DNA of 63,156 nucleotides, filler included, from It is 12 parts of 12 records of this genome, joined end to end, with 100 filler letters (N's around TTAATTAATTAA, not from the genome) between each part and the next. Parts side by side here need not be neighbours in the genome. Positions count along the whole stretch, not along the records: positions 15,866 to 23,206 come from SRR7504441_22572; positions 23,307 to 31,019 come from SRR7504441_22580; positions 31,120 to 36,410 come from SRR7504441_22581; 9 more parts are not named here. One strand, 5' to 3'. Shown piece by piece: positions 20,996 to 33,240 of this stretch (position 1 is its first letter; each line of letters starts with the position of its first letter). The notes under the pieces were generated by a model. It saw only the letters and a program-made list of their open reading frames with translations, ran no database searches and was not told where the DNA came from. The position numbers and the translations under genes were made by a program.

Positions 20996-23206
20996 TCATA
21001 GTCGAATAATCCCGTCACCTGCTGGTTCCGGCGCAGGAGCAGGAGCCGGCCCGCCAAACCCGCCCTCAAGAAGGAGGTTGACTGCGAGCTCCTCGTCACC
21101 TTCGCAGGCCAGGAAAGCTTGGATCACTGACTCCTCGCTAAAACCATACTCTTGAATCCGTTCAACCACCTCCTTGTCCTGGTCCGTCAGCGATTCTTTG
21201 AGCTCGACCTGTCGTGCCTTGTAAGCATCCTCATCTGCCTTGCGCTTGGCTTCGGCCTCCTGGCGCTGCCGCTCGATCTCCTCTTCTTGAATCCGCCGGG
21301 CCTCAGCTGCAACTGCTTCCTCTGCCTCGCGTTTTTTTCTCTCTTCTTCTGCCCTCTTCTCCTCCTCTGATTGATACTTGTCTATATAGGCGTGCACGTC
21401 AGCCTCTCGCGTTCTGGAGGCCCGCCGCAGGATGCCCAACTGGCATAGCATGTAAATCACGCCAGCTTGGCTGAAGTCGCCAGTTTCCATGTCGAAAACA
21501 ACCTCCTCGGAGAAATCATAAGGATCCCAGTCCTCAGGAGCATTGGCGGTGAACCACTCTATGGCTGGCTCATACTGAATCTTGCGATTATCACGGTCGT
21601 TCATGGCAAGCTGTGCCACAGCACTCAGCGTGACAACGGCAGCTACGGCGCACCATCACAGTTTCAATTATGTGTTGAGGCGAGTATTCGTTCATGAATT
21701 GCATCACCCAGCTCCGGTCGAGCGGCTTGTCGGTAGAGTTTGGGTCCGGGATCCGAGGCAGCCCGATCACTTCGCACATGCTATTCCTGATTGGGAATCT
21801 GCCCCCCACAGTCAGTACAAGAGCACATTTATGGTGCAGGTCACATGTCGTGCGTGTTGTAGACGCCCTCGCCCCAACTGCACCGTGCACTCAACCTAAA
21901 TGCCGCGGCACTAGGCAGCAGGCGGGTCCGACTTACTTGCTGAGACCCTTGGCGTCGATGATGTCGATCGCCACCTTCTCTGTCAGCTTCTCGCGCGTGG
22001 CTTGGAGCAACTGGAGCAGTGATCCCTCCAGGCTGGTTGCTTGATTGTCGGACTCTTGGCTGCCTGTCATCTGTGCGTACACCATCCTCACGCCAACTTC
22101 CTTCTGCACGTCGCAAACTCCTCCGTTCTGAGCTAAGCCTACAGCATACGGTGAGAGAACAGGGGGCAGTGCGCGCTTTACAGAGACATATTGAGACAGC
22201 ATCGTACTCCTTCGGCTGGTTTACTACCAGGTAAGTAATGCAGCGTAGTCTCTTCTTGATGTCATCTGACGCCCTGCCCTCCTGCACAGCACTACCACAT
22301 CAGCCCAACTCAAGTGTTGCTGTGTGCACCCCATATTCGACCACTGTTTTGAGTCTGCTCTTAACATTGCCTACTCCATTGAATATCCTTGCGTCCTGCC
22401 AGCCTCGCCACATATCCAACACCTCTTCTGTAAACAACTCCTCGTTCTCTTCAAAAGCAGTCATGAGTTGGTTGGCATCCACCCCCTCAATCCCGTCCGT
22501 ACTCACAAGCATCGGCACTTCACTCAGCATCGAAGCCAGCTCAGTGTCAAGCTGACCGGGCGACAGTTGCCACACAAAGCAGTCGCTGGAGGTCGCAATC
22601 ACGGCTGCTGGGGCCGTTGCAGCCCGCTGCAGCTTGCTCACTCCCAAGGGTGCGGCTCCAGCGTTTTGCCGAACCATATTTCTGGCGGCATTTTGCCTCT
22701 TCAGCCTTGTGTATGGATCCTCAAGCATGGCAGCCCCATGCGGGTTCCGGTCTAGGGTGGTTGTGTCCAGCACACAGCTCAGCTGGAGCAACATCTGGTT
22801 GGTATCCATTGGAGGCCCTGTGAGAGTACGGTGCAGGACTTGAGAACAGGCGTCCAGCTCTGGCTTCAGCTCTGGGGTGGGCTCGCCCCTCTGGTGAGCC
22901 ATCAGTAACTGAATCAGTTCGGTCCTGCTGAGCGCCACGAACACCTGGCTGGTCAGCAGCCCTGCCTCCCTGCACTGATGCACCAGCTGCGCCATAGTCA
23001 GGCTGTCATACTTCTCCGCCTCGGCCTGCTCTTGCTTGCGCGCCTCGCTGATCGAGTTCAGCCGCTGTGCGACCGAGCTGATCAGACGCACACGGCGGAT
23101 TGCCGATTGCCACCGCTGCCTGGCCTGGCCAGACTGCTTCTTCTTCTGCGGAGCAAGTCCTCGTCTGAACTTCTCGATGCTAGCACACGTCTTCCTAAAC
23201 CAATCG
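20996..23206 (-). CDS. Multi-exon protein with helical core and C-terminal Rad23-type UBA domain (5' truncated)
   Basis: UBA LTDQDKEVVERIQEYGFSEESVIQAFLACEGDEELAVNLLLE; several short GT-AG introns join ORFs 22300-23091, 21933-22202 and 20996-21619 into one frame. Confidence 0.78.
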
Positions 23207-23306
23207 NNNNNNNNNNNNNNNNNNNNNNNNNNNNNNNNNNNNNNNNNNNNTTAATTAATTAANNNNNNNNNNNNNNNNNNNNNNNNNNNNNNNNNNNNNN
23301 NNNNNN
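23207..23306. other. Artificial contig linker
   Basis: N-run with TTAATTAATTAA. Confidence 0.99.
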
Positions 23307-23685
23307 GGCATCAATTCTTGTGTTTGGTCCTTACATGTACGAGTAATCAGTTGGATATTAGTCGACGTCGGATGTACATACATGATCAACATTGTGTGCA
23401 AGGCTTTCGAATTGATTTTTGCTTAACGTGCACTTTGTGTTCATTTAAATTTTGGCTTCTTCACTCGAGTACGGTATATGCCAATTGATGTCACATACAG
23501 TTACATACAGTGTAACCTTCTACACAATGTCATTGAAGATGGAAAGCTGTTACGACGTAGTCACGACGTCACTCATTATTCACGATCGCGACGTCGACCA
23601 TGTCTTGTATGAGACGGCGAGCACTGATCGCGATGATGTCATTGTGTAATAATACATTTAATACCGCACTGTGTCAGCGGTCCGG

Positions 23686-25232
23686 CTAAAAGCGGTCCGT
23701 CCATGGGTCTGTCCTCGGAGTTCGAAATGTTATCAAAGGCGAGAATGGCCCCAAATCTGGATCCGCACCCCAACCTCTTGGCACACAGCCACGCGACCCT
23801 CGTGGTGTCAGTGTACACGGCGCGCCTTGCCGGAAGAGTATGCCGTTCCGTGTCCCGCTCTCGTTAGTATATAGGGCGAGCGGTGGCTGAGGCGGCAGAG
23901 GTCGTTTGTGCTCTATGGCACACGGAGCAAACAACGATGGATCGGGCAGAGCTCGGATCAACCCCTGTCAAAAAGTCAGCAGCCTCGAGACGACATCAAG
24001 AGCTACCTCCCTGACAGCCGTGGCAGCCAGCTGCGGGTCTTTCCGAAGCTGGTTGAGCGAGCGGGATGCAAGCATCTGAGGGAGCTTCTGGAGTCCGCCC
24101 GCAGCACCTGTCGCCGATCTCACTTGAGGGTTTGGTGGGCATGCCTGGGTCTCCAGAGATCAGGAACGGGTCCAAGTTGTCAGGTCTGCTCGACTTGAGC
24201 CGCTTCTCTTCCACCGCCAACCGTTGGCAGACAGGCTGAAGCTTGTCAGCACAATCCGAATACTTGATCACTGTTTGGCGGGGTAAGCCCACACTGTCCA
24301 GCGGGCACACACCTCCGGTACTCTCGGGGTCTAGTTCGTCCCAGATCTTATCCATTTCCTGCAGGACGCATCGTCATGCACCAATTCGCGCAGACAGAGC
24401 AGTGATAGACATAATAGGGAGCACACCCTGTCGCACAGCTTCAAGTGCTCTGAAAGCACCCCGTAAAGGGCCGGCTTGTCCACACTCCCCCGCCCATCCA
24501 GATCAGTTAGCCGGCTGCGCACGGTTTGCCAGGCCTTGCTCCGTTGCTGTCGCTGATCCCTCCTCACCTGCTTGGTCTGAGCTGCGGCTGGCCAGCGGTC
24601 AGCGCCTGCCAGCTTGTCCCCGAGCTGTACATCTCGTTGTATTTACCCCGAATAAAGCGGACAAACTTCCCGTAACTCACATCGCCTGGCCAAGGTGTCG
24701 ACTGTGCTGGGCTGGCACAATCCCAGGGTCTAGGGCTGCGGGCTACCCGTCCGGTCCGCGTCGACTTGTTTGATCAGTTTATTGAACTCATTGTCGTTGA
24801 GATTCAGATTATACCTGCTCATACCGGTCTCACCACCAGCGCCCAGACAGTGCACCTATGCGACAGAAAGTAACGGAACTGGTCGTAGTCTACCTCGTCT
24901 GAGCCCTCCCGGTCGTAATACCTGAAACGACACCATGTTTACAGCTGACTCGAGCCCTCGGGCGGTCACCGGAAGGCTCGCCTCACGGCGGAGCCCTTGT
25001 CGGCCACCTTGGCAGCCAGCTCGGTTATCACCGCGTCCGCCGTCAGCTGGCCCGGCAGCAGCGTGCACGGCGGACCGGCTGCTGTCGACCGGCGCGGAGT
25101 GCTGCTGTGGCTCGGTCGACGGCCGGAGGGCGGCGAGGGACGGAGGGGGGCGAGGCCAGAGGGCGGGCAGCGGGGCGACAGGTTGTGTCGTCCCAGCCCT
25201 GACTGGCGCACCCGCGGGCTGGGCCGGGCCAT
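23686..25232 (-). CDS. Multi-exon EF-hand protein (ends approximate)
   Basis: Spliced translation RRAFR|YYDREGSDEVDYDQFR, LIKQVDADRTG|DVSYGKF, DLDGRGSVD, IWDELDPESTG. Confidence 0.7.
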
Positions 25233-25350
25233 CTTCACCCTACGACGGCCCTGGTCGCCGCCATGTATAGCTTGCCGTTATAAAATAGCCGTTTGTACAG
25301 TAGATCTACTTCCATGCTGATGAGACGAGGATGACCTGACAGCTCTCGAG

Positions 25351-28300
25351 ATGGAGCGGAGCGACTACGTCAAGCAACAGATGCAGGAGGTACCCCTCCT
25401 CCCTCCCCCCCCAGCTCAGCCGCCGGGCCCAGGCGGCCGCCATGCGCCAGAAGAAAAAGGAAAAGAAGCGGCTGCAGAAGCAGGCGCCGCCCTCCCCCCG
25501 CCTCACCCGAACAGCCGGCAGGCCGGCGGACCGTCCAACAGCAGTGCGGCCGACCCGGTGCGCGCGCCGGCCGGGTGGGGCTGAGTCGTGACAGGCCGCT
25601 GGTGCCCCCTGCTCGGGCTGCGGCAGCCCGCTCGCGCCGGACGCACCCACGCTCGAGTGTCCAACCTGTCTCGAGATGAGCAAGATTGGCCAGGGCAGTC
25701 GCTCACTGTTCTGCTCCAAGGACTGCTTCGAGTCCAAGTGCGCCCCGCCCCCACGGCCCGCCGCTCAGCCCAGGGCCGCAGCTGGAAAAAGCACAAAAAG
25801 ACCCATAAAAAGCCCAAATCAAAACCGAACGAACCAGCCCCGCCCGCTCAGCCGGAGGGCGAGCAGCCCGCCGACCCGACTGCGTTCTTCGCGGCGCTGG
25901 CTGCCGAGCCTGGGCCGGCTGACCCGCCCAAGCCGGTGCCGCCACTGGCGCCCAAGCCGGGCCAAGTGCCGAGTCAGCCGGAGCCGGCGGTGCTGGGGGG
26001 CGAGGGGTGGGGTGACGCTGGGGGCAGCGGCCGGAGGAGCAGTTGCAGCAGATGAAAGAGAAGCTTTCGTCCCAGATGCAGGAGACTAAGAAGGCCGAGG
26101 AGCTCAACAGGAAGCTGATGCGCGAGGTGGGCGCGGGGCACGGGCCCGGGACTGACCGCAGGGCAGGCCGGGGGGGAGGGGGGAGGGCAGGAGGAGGTCG
26201 AGAAGCTGCGGGCCGAGCTGAAGGACGCGGCCAAGACAAAGCAGGTCATGGAGGCCAAGATTAGAGTGATGTCGGAGCGGCACACAAAGCGGATGGAGAA
26301 GGTGGCCGCATTATAGACTAGCACAGGCCGGACTGGGGGCAGGCTGTGCCGCGGGAGGAGTTTGAAGCGCTGTCGGCGGCCAAGCAGGCCCTGGAGGAGA
26401 AGCTGGCGGCTGGCGGGGGCGGGTCGGATTATCGCGTGGCGCTGCTGGAGGCAGAGAAGAAGGAGCTTGAAGCCAACCTCGAGGCCGAATTTCAGGAGCG
26501 GCGCAAGTGGGAGGACAAGGCTGCCGAGGCGGGAGGTGGGAGCGGGCTGGCCGAGCGGATTGCGCTGCTGGAGGCCGAGAAGAAGGAGCTTGAAGCCAAC
26601 TTGGAGGCTGAATTCGGTGAGAGGAGAAAGTGGGAAGACAAGGCGGCTGAGCTGGAGGCCGGGGCGGCCGATCTGACCGCGTCGCTGGACAAGGCTCGGG
26701 CGGCTAGGCAGCAGGCGGAGGCAGCGGCCGAGCAGCGGGCGGGAGAGGTGGATGGGCTGAAGACAGAGATGGAGGCACAGGCCGGTCAGGTTGCAGCGGA
26801 TAAGGCTGAGCTTGACCGGCTGCGAGCACAGCTCCAGGAAAAGCAGCGGCAGAGCCCTGGGCAGAGGGCAGACACTCGGGGGGAGGCGCGTGCGGATGGA
26901 GAGCTAAAGCAGATGCAAGCTCAGCTGGCCAAGGCGGAGGAAGAGCGGTTAGCATTGTCGGATAAGCTGACTTCATCACGTAAAGAGGCAGAAAGGCACA
27001 AGATGCACGGAGAGGGGTTGACTAGGAAGACGGCGGAGCTGGAGGCCAAGCTGAGCGCGAGTGAGAAAGCTAAGGGCGAGCTGGAGGACCGGCTGAGTGA
27101 GGCTGGCAAGAGGGGGACGGAGGACAAGCAGCGGCGAGGTGTGGCTGTGAGTGGGCCTGGCAGCGAACCGGGGGTAGGGACCAAGGCTAGCGGCAAAGCC
27201 CGCTCGCTGGAGCTGCAGGTGCAGGGGCTCGAGGCCAAGGTAATGACGCAGCAGCAGCAGATCCAACAGCAGCAGAGCAGGATCGAGGAGTTGAGCGAAG
27301 CCGAGGCACGGCTGCAGGTCGTGTCGCAAGGCTCCAAAAAGTGGAAGCAGAAGTGCACCACGCTGCAGGAGGAGCTGGAGCGGGTCAAGAACTACAAGCA
27401 AACGCCCGGGACCCCGCCTCGGTCGGCAGAGTCCGAGCAGGCGCTGCTCAAGGCCAAGAACGAAGGCAAGCGGTGGAAGATTAAGCTCGGGTCAGTGCAG
27501 CAGCAGCTGCAGGAGGAATTGGCCGAGGCGGGTAAGGCGCACGAGCGCGAGAAATCGGAGATGGAAAAGCGGATCCGGAGCGCTCTGGCGGCCAAGGAGA
27601 CCCAGCGACAGCATTATGAAAGGCAGATCAAGGAACTGAACGAAAAGCTGGGTGGCTTTAGACTCGTGCCACGTGACTAGGGTCAGGTGGGCCGCCGAAG
27701 CGGTCCGAGTCGCCTAAAAACGAAAAGCTGCTTCAGCGGACTGTGCGCTCCCCTGCGCGCGGGGTTTGGAGCGGGCCGGCAGGTGCCTGCATTTGGGTCG
27801 AGCGTGCCACGCGGGCTTTATAGCACGCCGCCTGGTGAGGACAATAAGGATGTGCTGTACGCTTCGAGCCACTACGAAGGGCTCAAGACCGATATACAGC
27901 GGGCCGACTGGCTTGAAGAGGAGATCAGTAGGGTCAAGCTGAGCAGCCAGGAGCAGATCGAGCAGCTCACTGCCCAGCTGGCCCAGGCCGCCCCTGAGCC
28001 AGACCTGGCGCTCGCCGAGCAGTTGAGCGCCGCGCAGGTGCCTGGCCCAGCTCTAGAGAGCCTCATTGGCGGGCAGGCGGAGCTAGCCGAGTTGCGGGCC
28101 GGCGGCGCGGCAGGCACAGACCCAGAACAGCACCCAGAACAGCTCGGCTCGCTGCAGGCTCAGCTGGGTGAGCAGCAGATGTTGCTTGCCAAGTGCAGCC
28201 AGGAGCGAGACAGGTTGGCAGCGGAGCTTCGGACGACCGCGGGCCAAGCCAGGCAGGCCGGCGTGCACCAGATGCGAAGTGAGTCGCTCAAGCGCAGAAT

Positions 28301-29459
28301 CGGGTCTCTCGAAGCTGAACTGATCCGCGAGCGCTCGGGCGACGAATCACTAGGCTTGATTACCCCGCTGCCCGCCCACCTGACAAGCAATGCTGGTAAT
28401 TATGATGGTAGTCTCTATCCTCTGTGCGCGGTGCTTGGCAGCCAGCAGGCTGGGTGGACTGCTGCCAAGCTGGCGCGCGCGATATTCCAGTGGCGTGAGG
28501 GCCTGATCACGGAGGAGGTGCGGCAGCGGCTGGTGCTCTGGATGGGCCACGGCTCGCCGTCACCGGGGCCGGATTACCGCGAGCAGTGCACGGTGCTGCA
28601 AAAAGAGCTCAGGCTGGAGCGGCAGAAGGTTGTCAAGGCGGAGGAGAGGCTGGCGGACGAGATGATGCGCACAGAGTACGAGTGGTGCCAGCGCGAGCTG
28701 GTGATCGACGAGCTGAGCACCGCACAGAGCCAGCCGTCGCCGAGCCGGGGCGGACAGCAGCAGGGCGAGCTGTATCAGATCAGCCTGGCCCTGGTCGAGT
28801 CAGCTAACAGCGAGCTGGAGGCGCTCAGCTCAATGCTGCAGGGCTACGGCCAGCCAGGCCGGTCCTCGTCTCCCAAGCGCCTGCCCAGTCTGCGAGCGGG
28901 TGCAGTCCACGACACGCTTGCCCAGCGAGCCAGCGTGGTGGACGCCACTGCCAGGGGTCTGCGCCGGGTGGTGCGGGCGGTACTGGCGGACGCCACGCTC
29001 GGGCGCAAGCTGGAAGAGCAGAACAGCGCTCTCAGTGCATCTCTCAAGCAGGCACGCGCCCGTTGCGGGGAGCTTGAGGCGAGTAGCGGCGGCACGCCAA
29101 CAGACGAGCTGCTCCAGGCGGCTCAGAAGGCGCACCGAACGATGCAGGACCAGTTGGGGATTGCTCGCGCTGCGCTGGCCAGGGAGCAGCAGCGCAGCGC
29201 CGAGTTTGAGCGACAAGTGTCGCAGCTGCAGACGGGGGCAAGCGGGCAGGAGACAGCCTCACTCGCGGCCAGCCGGCGGTTGCAGGAGATGGTAGAGGCA
29301 TCGAGTCGGCTGAGCGGGCTGAGGACGGCGGGGCAGTGGGAGCCGGGCAGCGGTGCGATGCTGCACCGGATTCAGGAGCGGCAAGCGCTCTGGCTATCCA
29401 AGGCTGATCAGAATCTTGCAACTGTCCCGAGCGATTGGAGTCGGCTGGGGCTTAGCTAA
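25351..29459 (+). CDS. zf-C6H2-like finger + very long coiled-coil protein (multi-exon; may be two genes)
   Basis: CPTCLEMSKIGQGSRSLFCSKDCFES|WKKHKKTH resembles the MetAP1 N-terminal C6H2 finger; E/K/A/Q coiled-coil exons follow. Confidence 0.65.
26435..26655 (+). repeat. Coding tandem duplication, period 123 nt
   Basis: ALLEAEKKELEANLEAEFxERRKWEDKAAE occurs twice (26441 and 26564) with synonymous divergence. Confidence 0.85.
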
Positions 29460-29643
29460 GTGTGGGCATCGAGGCTTGTGTACACGAGTTATACACGAGT
29501 AGTGTGTTGAACGAGTACGAAGAAAGTCTACGTTAGTGTATCTATTTGATAAATCCCATCTAGGTGTGAGCATATGAATTCTTATCAAGTCTGCGCAATC
29601 GCGCAATATTACTCATACTGTAGTCCGATTGTCATGCGTGAAG

Positions 29644-30441
29644 TCAGTCGGTGTGGTGCCGTCTGTCTGAGTCTGGCGGTTGCATGTGTCGTACATCGAG
29701 CACTCGGTTCTGGGCGTGCCTGGCAGCAACTGCCGCATACTCACTCACCTGAGCCGGGACCAGTCAATTCGCTGCACCCATTCTAGCTCAACTGAACCTT
29801 GCCATAGATCCAGGCGAGGGCAATAAACAGACCGATCACGATCAGCACAATCAGCACGATCTTGCCCGCATCATTGTCCCCGCGCCCGGTCCCCCAGCCC
29901 GAACCCCACCACCATCCCCGATGCCCGGCGCCCGCCCCCAGCCACTGTACCGCCGCCCCCAACAACGAGCCGAGCCCCACCTGCCCCCAGCTGCGGCCGA
30001 CCCCAGCCCGATAGTCACCAGGGCCGACCCGGCTGCAAAGTGCGACCAGTGCCAGAACACCAGCACGTCTGCCCAGCTCACCTGGGCATCAATCCCGGGC
30101 GTCATCCCCAGCGCCTTCGCCAAGAAGCCGGCGACGAATACGATCGCACCCAGGATGAGCAGCGCCGCCATGTGCTTGGCCAGCGGCAGTCCGACCAGCC
30201 AGGCGAGCGTGAACCGGTCCACCCCCGCGGTGGTGGCGAAACGATACTCAAAGTGGCACTGGTCGCACCGGTGGAACGAGCGCGGGTTAGCGCTCTCTCG
30301 GCGCCACCGGTCCAGGCAGCTCAGGTGCACCCACGCCATGCTCCCGCGGCAGGAGCATGGCCGGAAGAGCGGGTCTGTCGAGACCTCCTCGGGCCCCAGG
30401 CAGATCCGGCAGCACGGCGCCTCGTCCTCGGAGGCGTCCAT
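29644..30441 (-). CDS. MARCH-type RING-CH membrane E3 ubiquitin ligase
   Basis: CRICL...PCSCRGSMAWVHLSCLDRW...CDQC followed by TM helices; introns about 29981-30018 and near 29750-29797. Confidence 0.88.
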
Positions 30442-30515
30442 TGCAGTGACGGTGATGCTGGCGACCTCAGCTTGGTGGGCTTGCTGAAAGTCCGTTGCCG
30501 ATCGCGGTTTGCTCG

Positions 30516-30847
30516 ATGGCTTCACTGATCAGAGGAGCCAGCCGGCTGATCGGGCAGAGGGCCAGCCTGGGGGCGAGGCGCGCGGGGGGGGCGCCGGCGC
30601 AAGGCGAGCTCTTCGGCGAAGCGGTGCGCCTTGCCCTCGTGCTAGACCGGGCGGCGGTTGATCGTTGGGCGGACAGCCGGGGCCGCGCCAGTGGGCCAGT
30701 TGGGAGCTGCCATACTACAGCTCGATGACGCTGGCCACTGTGATCCTCGTGTTCGGGCTTAGCGCCAAGCCGGATACCGACATCCGCACCTGGGCGCGGG
30801 AGGAGGCCAAGGCGGTGCTCGCGGCGGAGGCAGAAGAGGAGGAGTAG
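30516..30847 (+). CDS. NDUFB11: Complex I subunit ESSS/NDUFB11
   Basis: Arg-rich mitochondrial presequence; intron 30624-30676; WASWELPYY-TM-AKPDTDIRTWAREEA. Confidence 0.85.
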
Positions 30848-31019
30848 GGACTGCGCCGGTAATATCCGAGCCCGGCCAGCGCGCCGGGCGCCGGGTGCCG
30901 CCCCTAGGGCGTTGGGCATTAAAATATGTGTGGGTCTGAGTTGGTCACCGGCGAGAGACGACGAAGCCGCCTGCGAGGGGCTTGCGGTTGGGTGCGGACT
31001 GGGAAAGGTGGGGGGGGGG

Positions 31020-31119
31020 NNNNNNNNNNNNNNNNNNNNNNNNNNNNNNNNNNNNNNNNNNNNTTAATTAATTAANNNNNNNNNNNNNNNNNNNNNNNNN
31101 NNNNNNNNNNNNNNNNNNN
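31020..31119. other. Artificial contig linker
   Basis: N-run with TTAATTAATTAA. Confidence 0.99.
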
Positions 31120-31249
31120 TACGCCATTGCCGAAGGTTGCTTCCAGACAGCAGCGCTGCTGTGCTAAAACACTTGGTGCAACTCAGCTGCGCTTCCGTAA
31201 CGGAGCGGCACCACGTCGGCCTGACTGCACTCTCCACAGCACTAAGGCA

Positions 31250-32881
31250 ATGGCGGATGCCGAAGAGGCGCCACCACCACTGTCGCCCCGGTCTAGGAAG
31301 TTGCCGGACGAGCCGATCTCCCCCGAGGCAGAGAAGTCATTGAACGACAAGGTGTGCCAGTGGCTTTGCCGGGCCGAGGAGGTGCAGGTCACAATGATGA
31401 TGCGGGAGCGGGAGAAGTGGCTCTCCAAATCCCCCAAACGCGAGCCGAAGAGCCCAGCCCAGCCCAGCAAGCCAGAGCCGGGGATCGATCGGCTCAAGCT
31501 TCCCGACTCTGCAGTAGCCGGCAGCGTCTTCGGCCCCTGATTGCGCTGTCTGCAGATCCCTACAATCAGCAAACGCAGCAGTGCCGCTGCATGCGACCTG
31601 GAAACGCCCACTCGACGGCCTGCCCGCACAGTTGGCCGGCGATACAGGCGGCTCCGCAAGATTGGCGAGGGCTCATACGGCGAAGTCTGGTCAGCCATCA
31701 ATTAGGGGTCAGGGCTAGCTAGCGTAGCTGGGCGGCCGGTGAGAGCTGTAGTACTGAGGCTTGGGCAGTTCGGCTGACGACTCGGAGACGGGAGAACGGG
31801 TAGCTATCAAGAAGATCATTGATTCGGATAAGATGGGCTGCGACGAGGCGCTACATCTGCTGCTCGAGATCAATATCCTGCAGCACACGTGCACGCACCC
31901 GAATGTGGTGCAGCTGATGGAGGTGATTCCACGCCGGGTGGTGGAAGGCTACTCTTATTACGACCAGCTGTACCTAGTGTTCAACCTGGTAGAGACGGAC
32001 TTGGAGAAAAGAATAATCACAGGGAAGCCGTTCAGCGACAAAGAACTCAAGGAGGTGCATGCTCGGCCAGCTTGGCGTCACAGGGCTGCGCAGGTGTTTC
32101 ATCAGATCCTGCGTGGCGTGGCCTGTATTCACGAGGCTGGAATCGTGCACCGCGACATAAAGCCCAACAATATCTTGATGAGCTACGATGGACAGGTCCA
32201 GGTTGCAGACTTGGGATGTGCGGTGGCCCAAGGCAAGGGCTCGCTCAAAGTCGAGTGTGCCGACCCCGAGCTTGTCGGCACACCCAGCTACCAGCCGCCT
32301 GAGCTGTTGCTTCGGTCAGCCAAGAATGACCCTGCGATGGACATGTGGGCTGCCGGATGCATCCTTGGTGAGATGATGGCTATGCAGCAACTATTCCGAG
32401 GCGATAGCGTGGATGCCATGCTCGATATGGTCATGTGCGTGCTAGGGCGGCCATCCGAGGAGGACCTGGCCACGCTGCGAAGCGACCGGGTTCGCAACGA
32501 GGCGCTTTCACATTGCAAGCCATGGCCCGCGGCAAATTGGTCGCGGTTGCTGCCGGAATCGCCTCCAGCTGCGGTGGATTTGCTAGAGAGATTGCTTCGG
32601 TTCAATCCAAGCAAGCGATACAAGGCCAAGTCGGCACTTGCACATCCAATCTTCTCATCAATCAACGCTGACACCAAGAGCGTGGTCTGCCAGCCCGGAC
32701 ATGGCCCGGCTGATGGCGTGCAGGCGGCAATGAAAATTTTCGAGTTCAATCCCCAGAGCACCAACTGCTTGCAACAAATATGGGCTGAGATTCGAGACCA
32801 GGTCATTTGTTGCTAAAGCTTCACAACACTGAGTTTTCTCGTGCTTAGGCTACTGTGTCGCCCTCTCGGCCAATCTGTTAG
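31250..32881 (+). CDS. MAPK-like CMGC kinase, atypical activation loop
   Basis: KIGEGSYGEV, VAIKKI, HPNVV, LYLVFNLVETDL, HRDIKPNN, DLG, DMWAAGCI, AVDLLERLLRFNPSKR; several introns. Confidence 0.85.
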
Positions 32882-33240
32882 ATTGTACGTAAGAATGCGT
32901 ACCTGTGGCTATGGACATCGGATATGGAGAGTTTGCTCGCTGGAAGTGTCAAGTGCAACGATTGCTTATTGTTCAAGTAAGTACATTGATGTCTATTGCT
33001 GAATTGATAAAAGAGTCAAGTGCTCTCGTGTGCGTGATGACGGTCTTGAGCTTGCATACTTGTACTCGTATGCCAAAAGATTGATTAAATAATTTTTAGT
33101 ACGAATCCGGTGACCGGGTGACTCTAATTCCTCTACGAGCCACGTGTGCTTTGAGCGAGTTGTTTTCGAGGGAACTCTCGAGCTTCTTGGCCGAGTGGGC
33201 AGCTAATGCGATGAGGCGCCACCCACGCTTCATTAATGTT

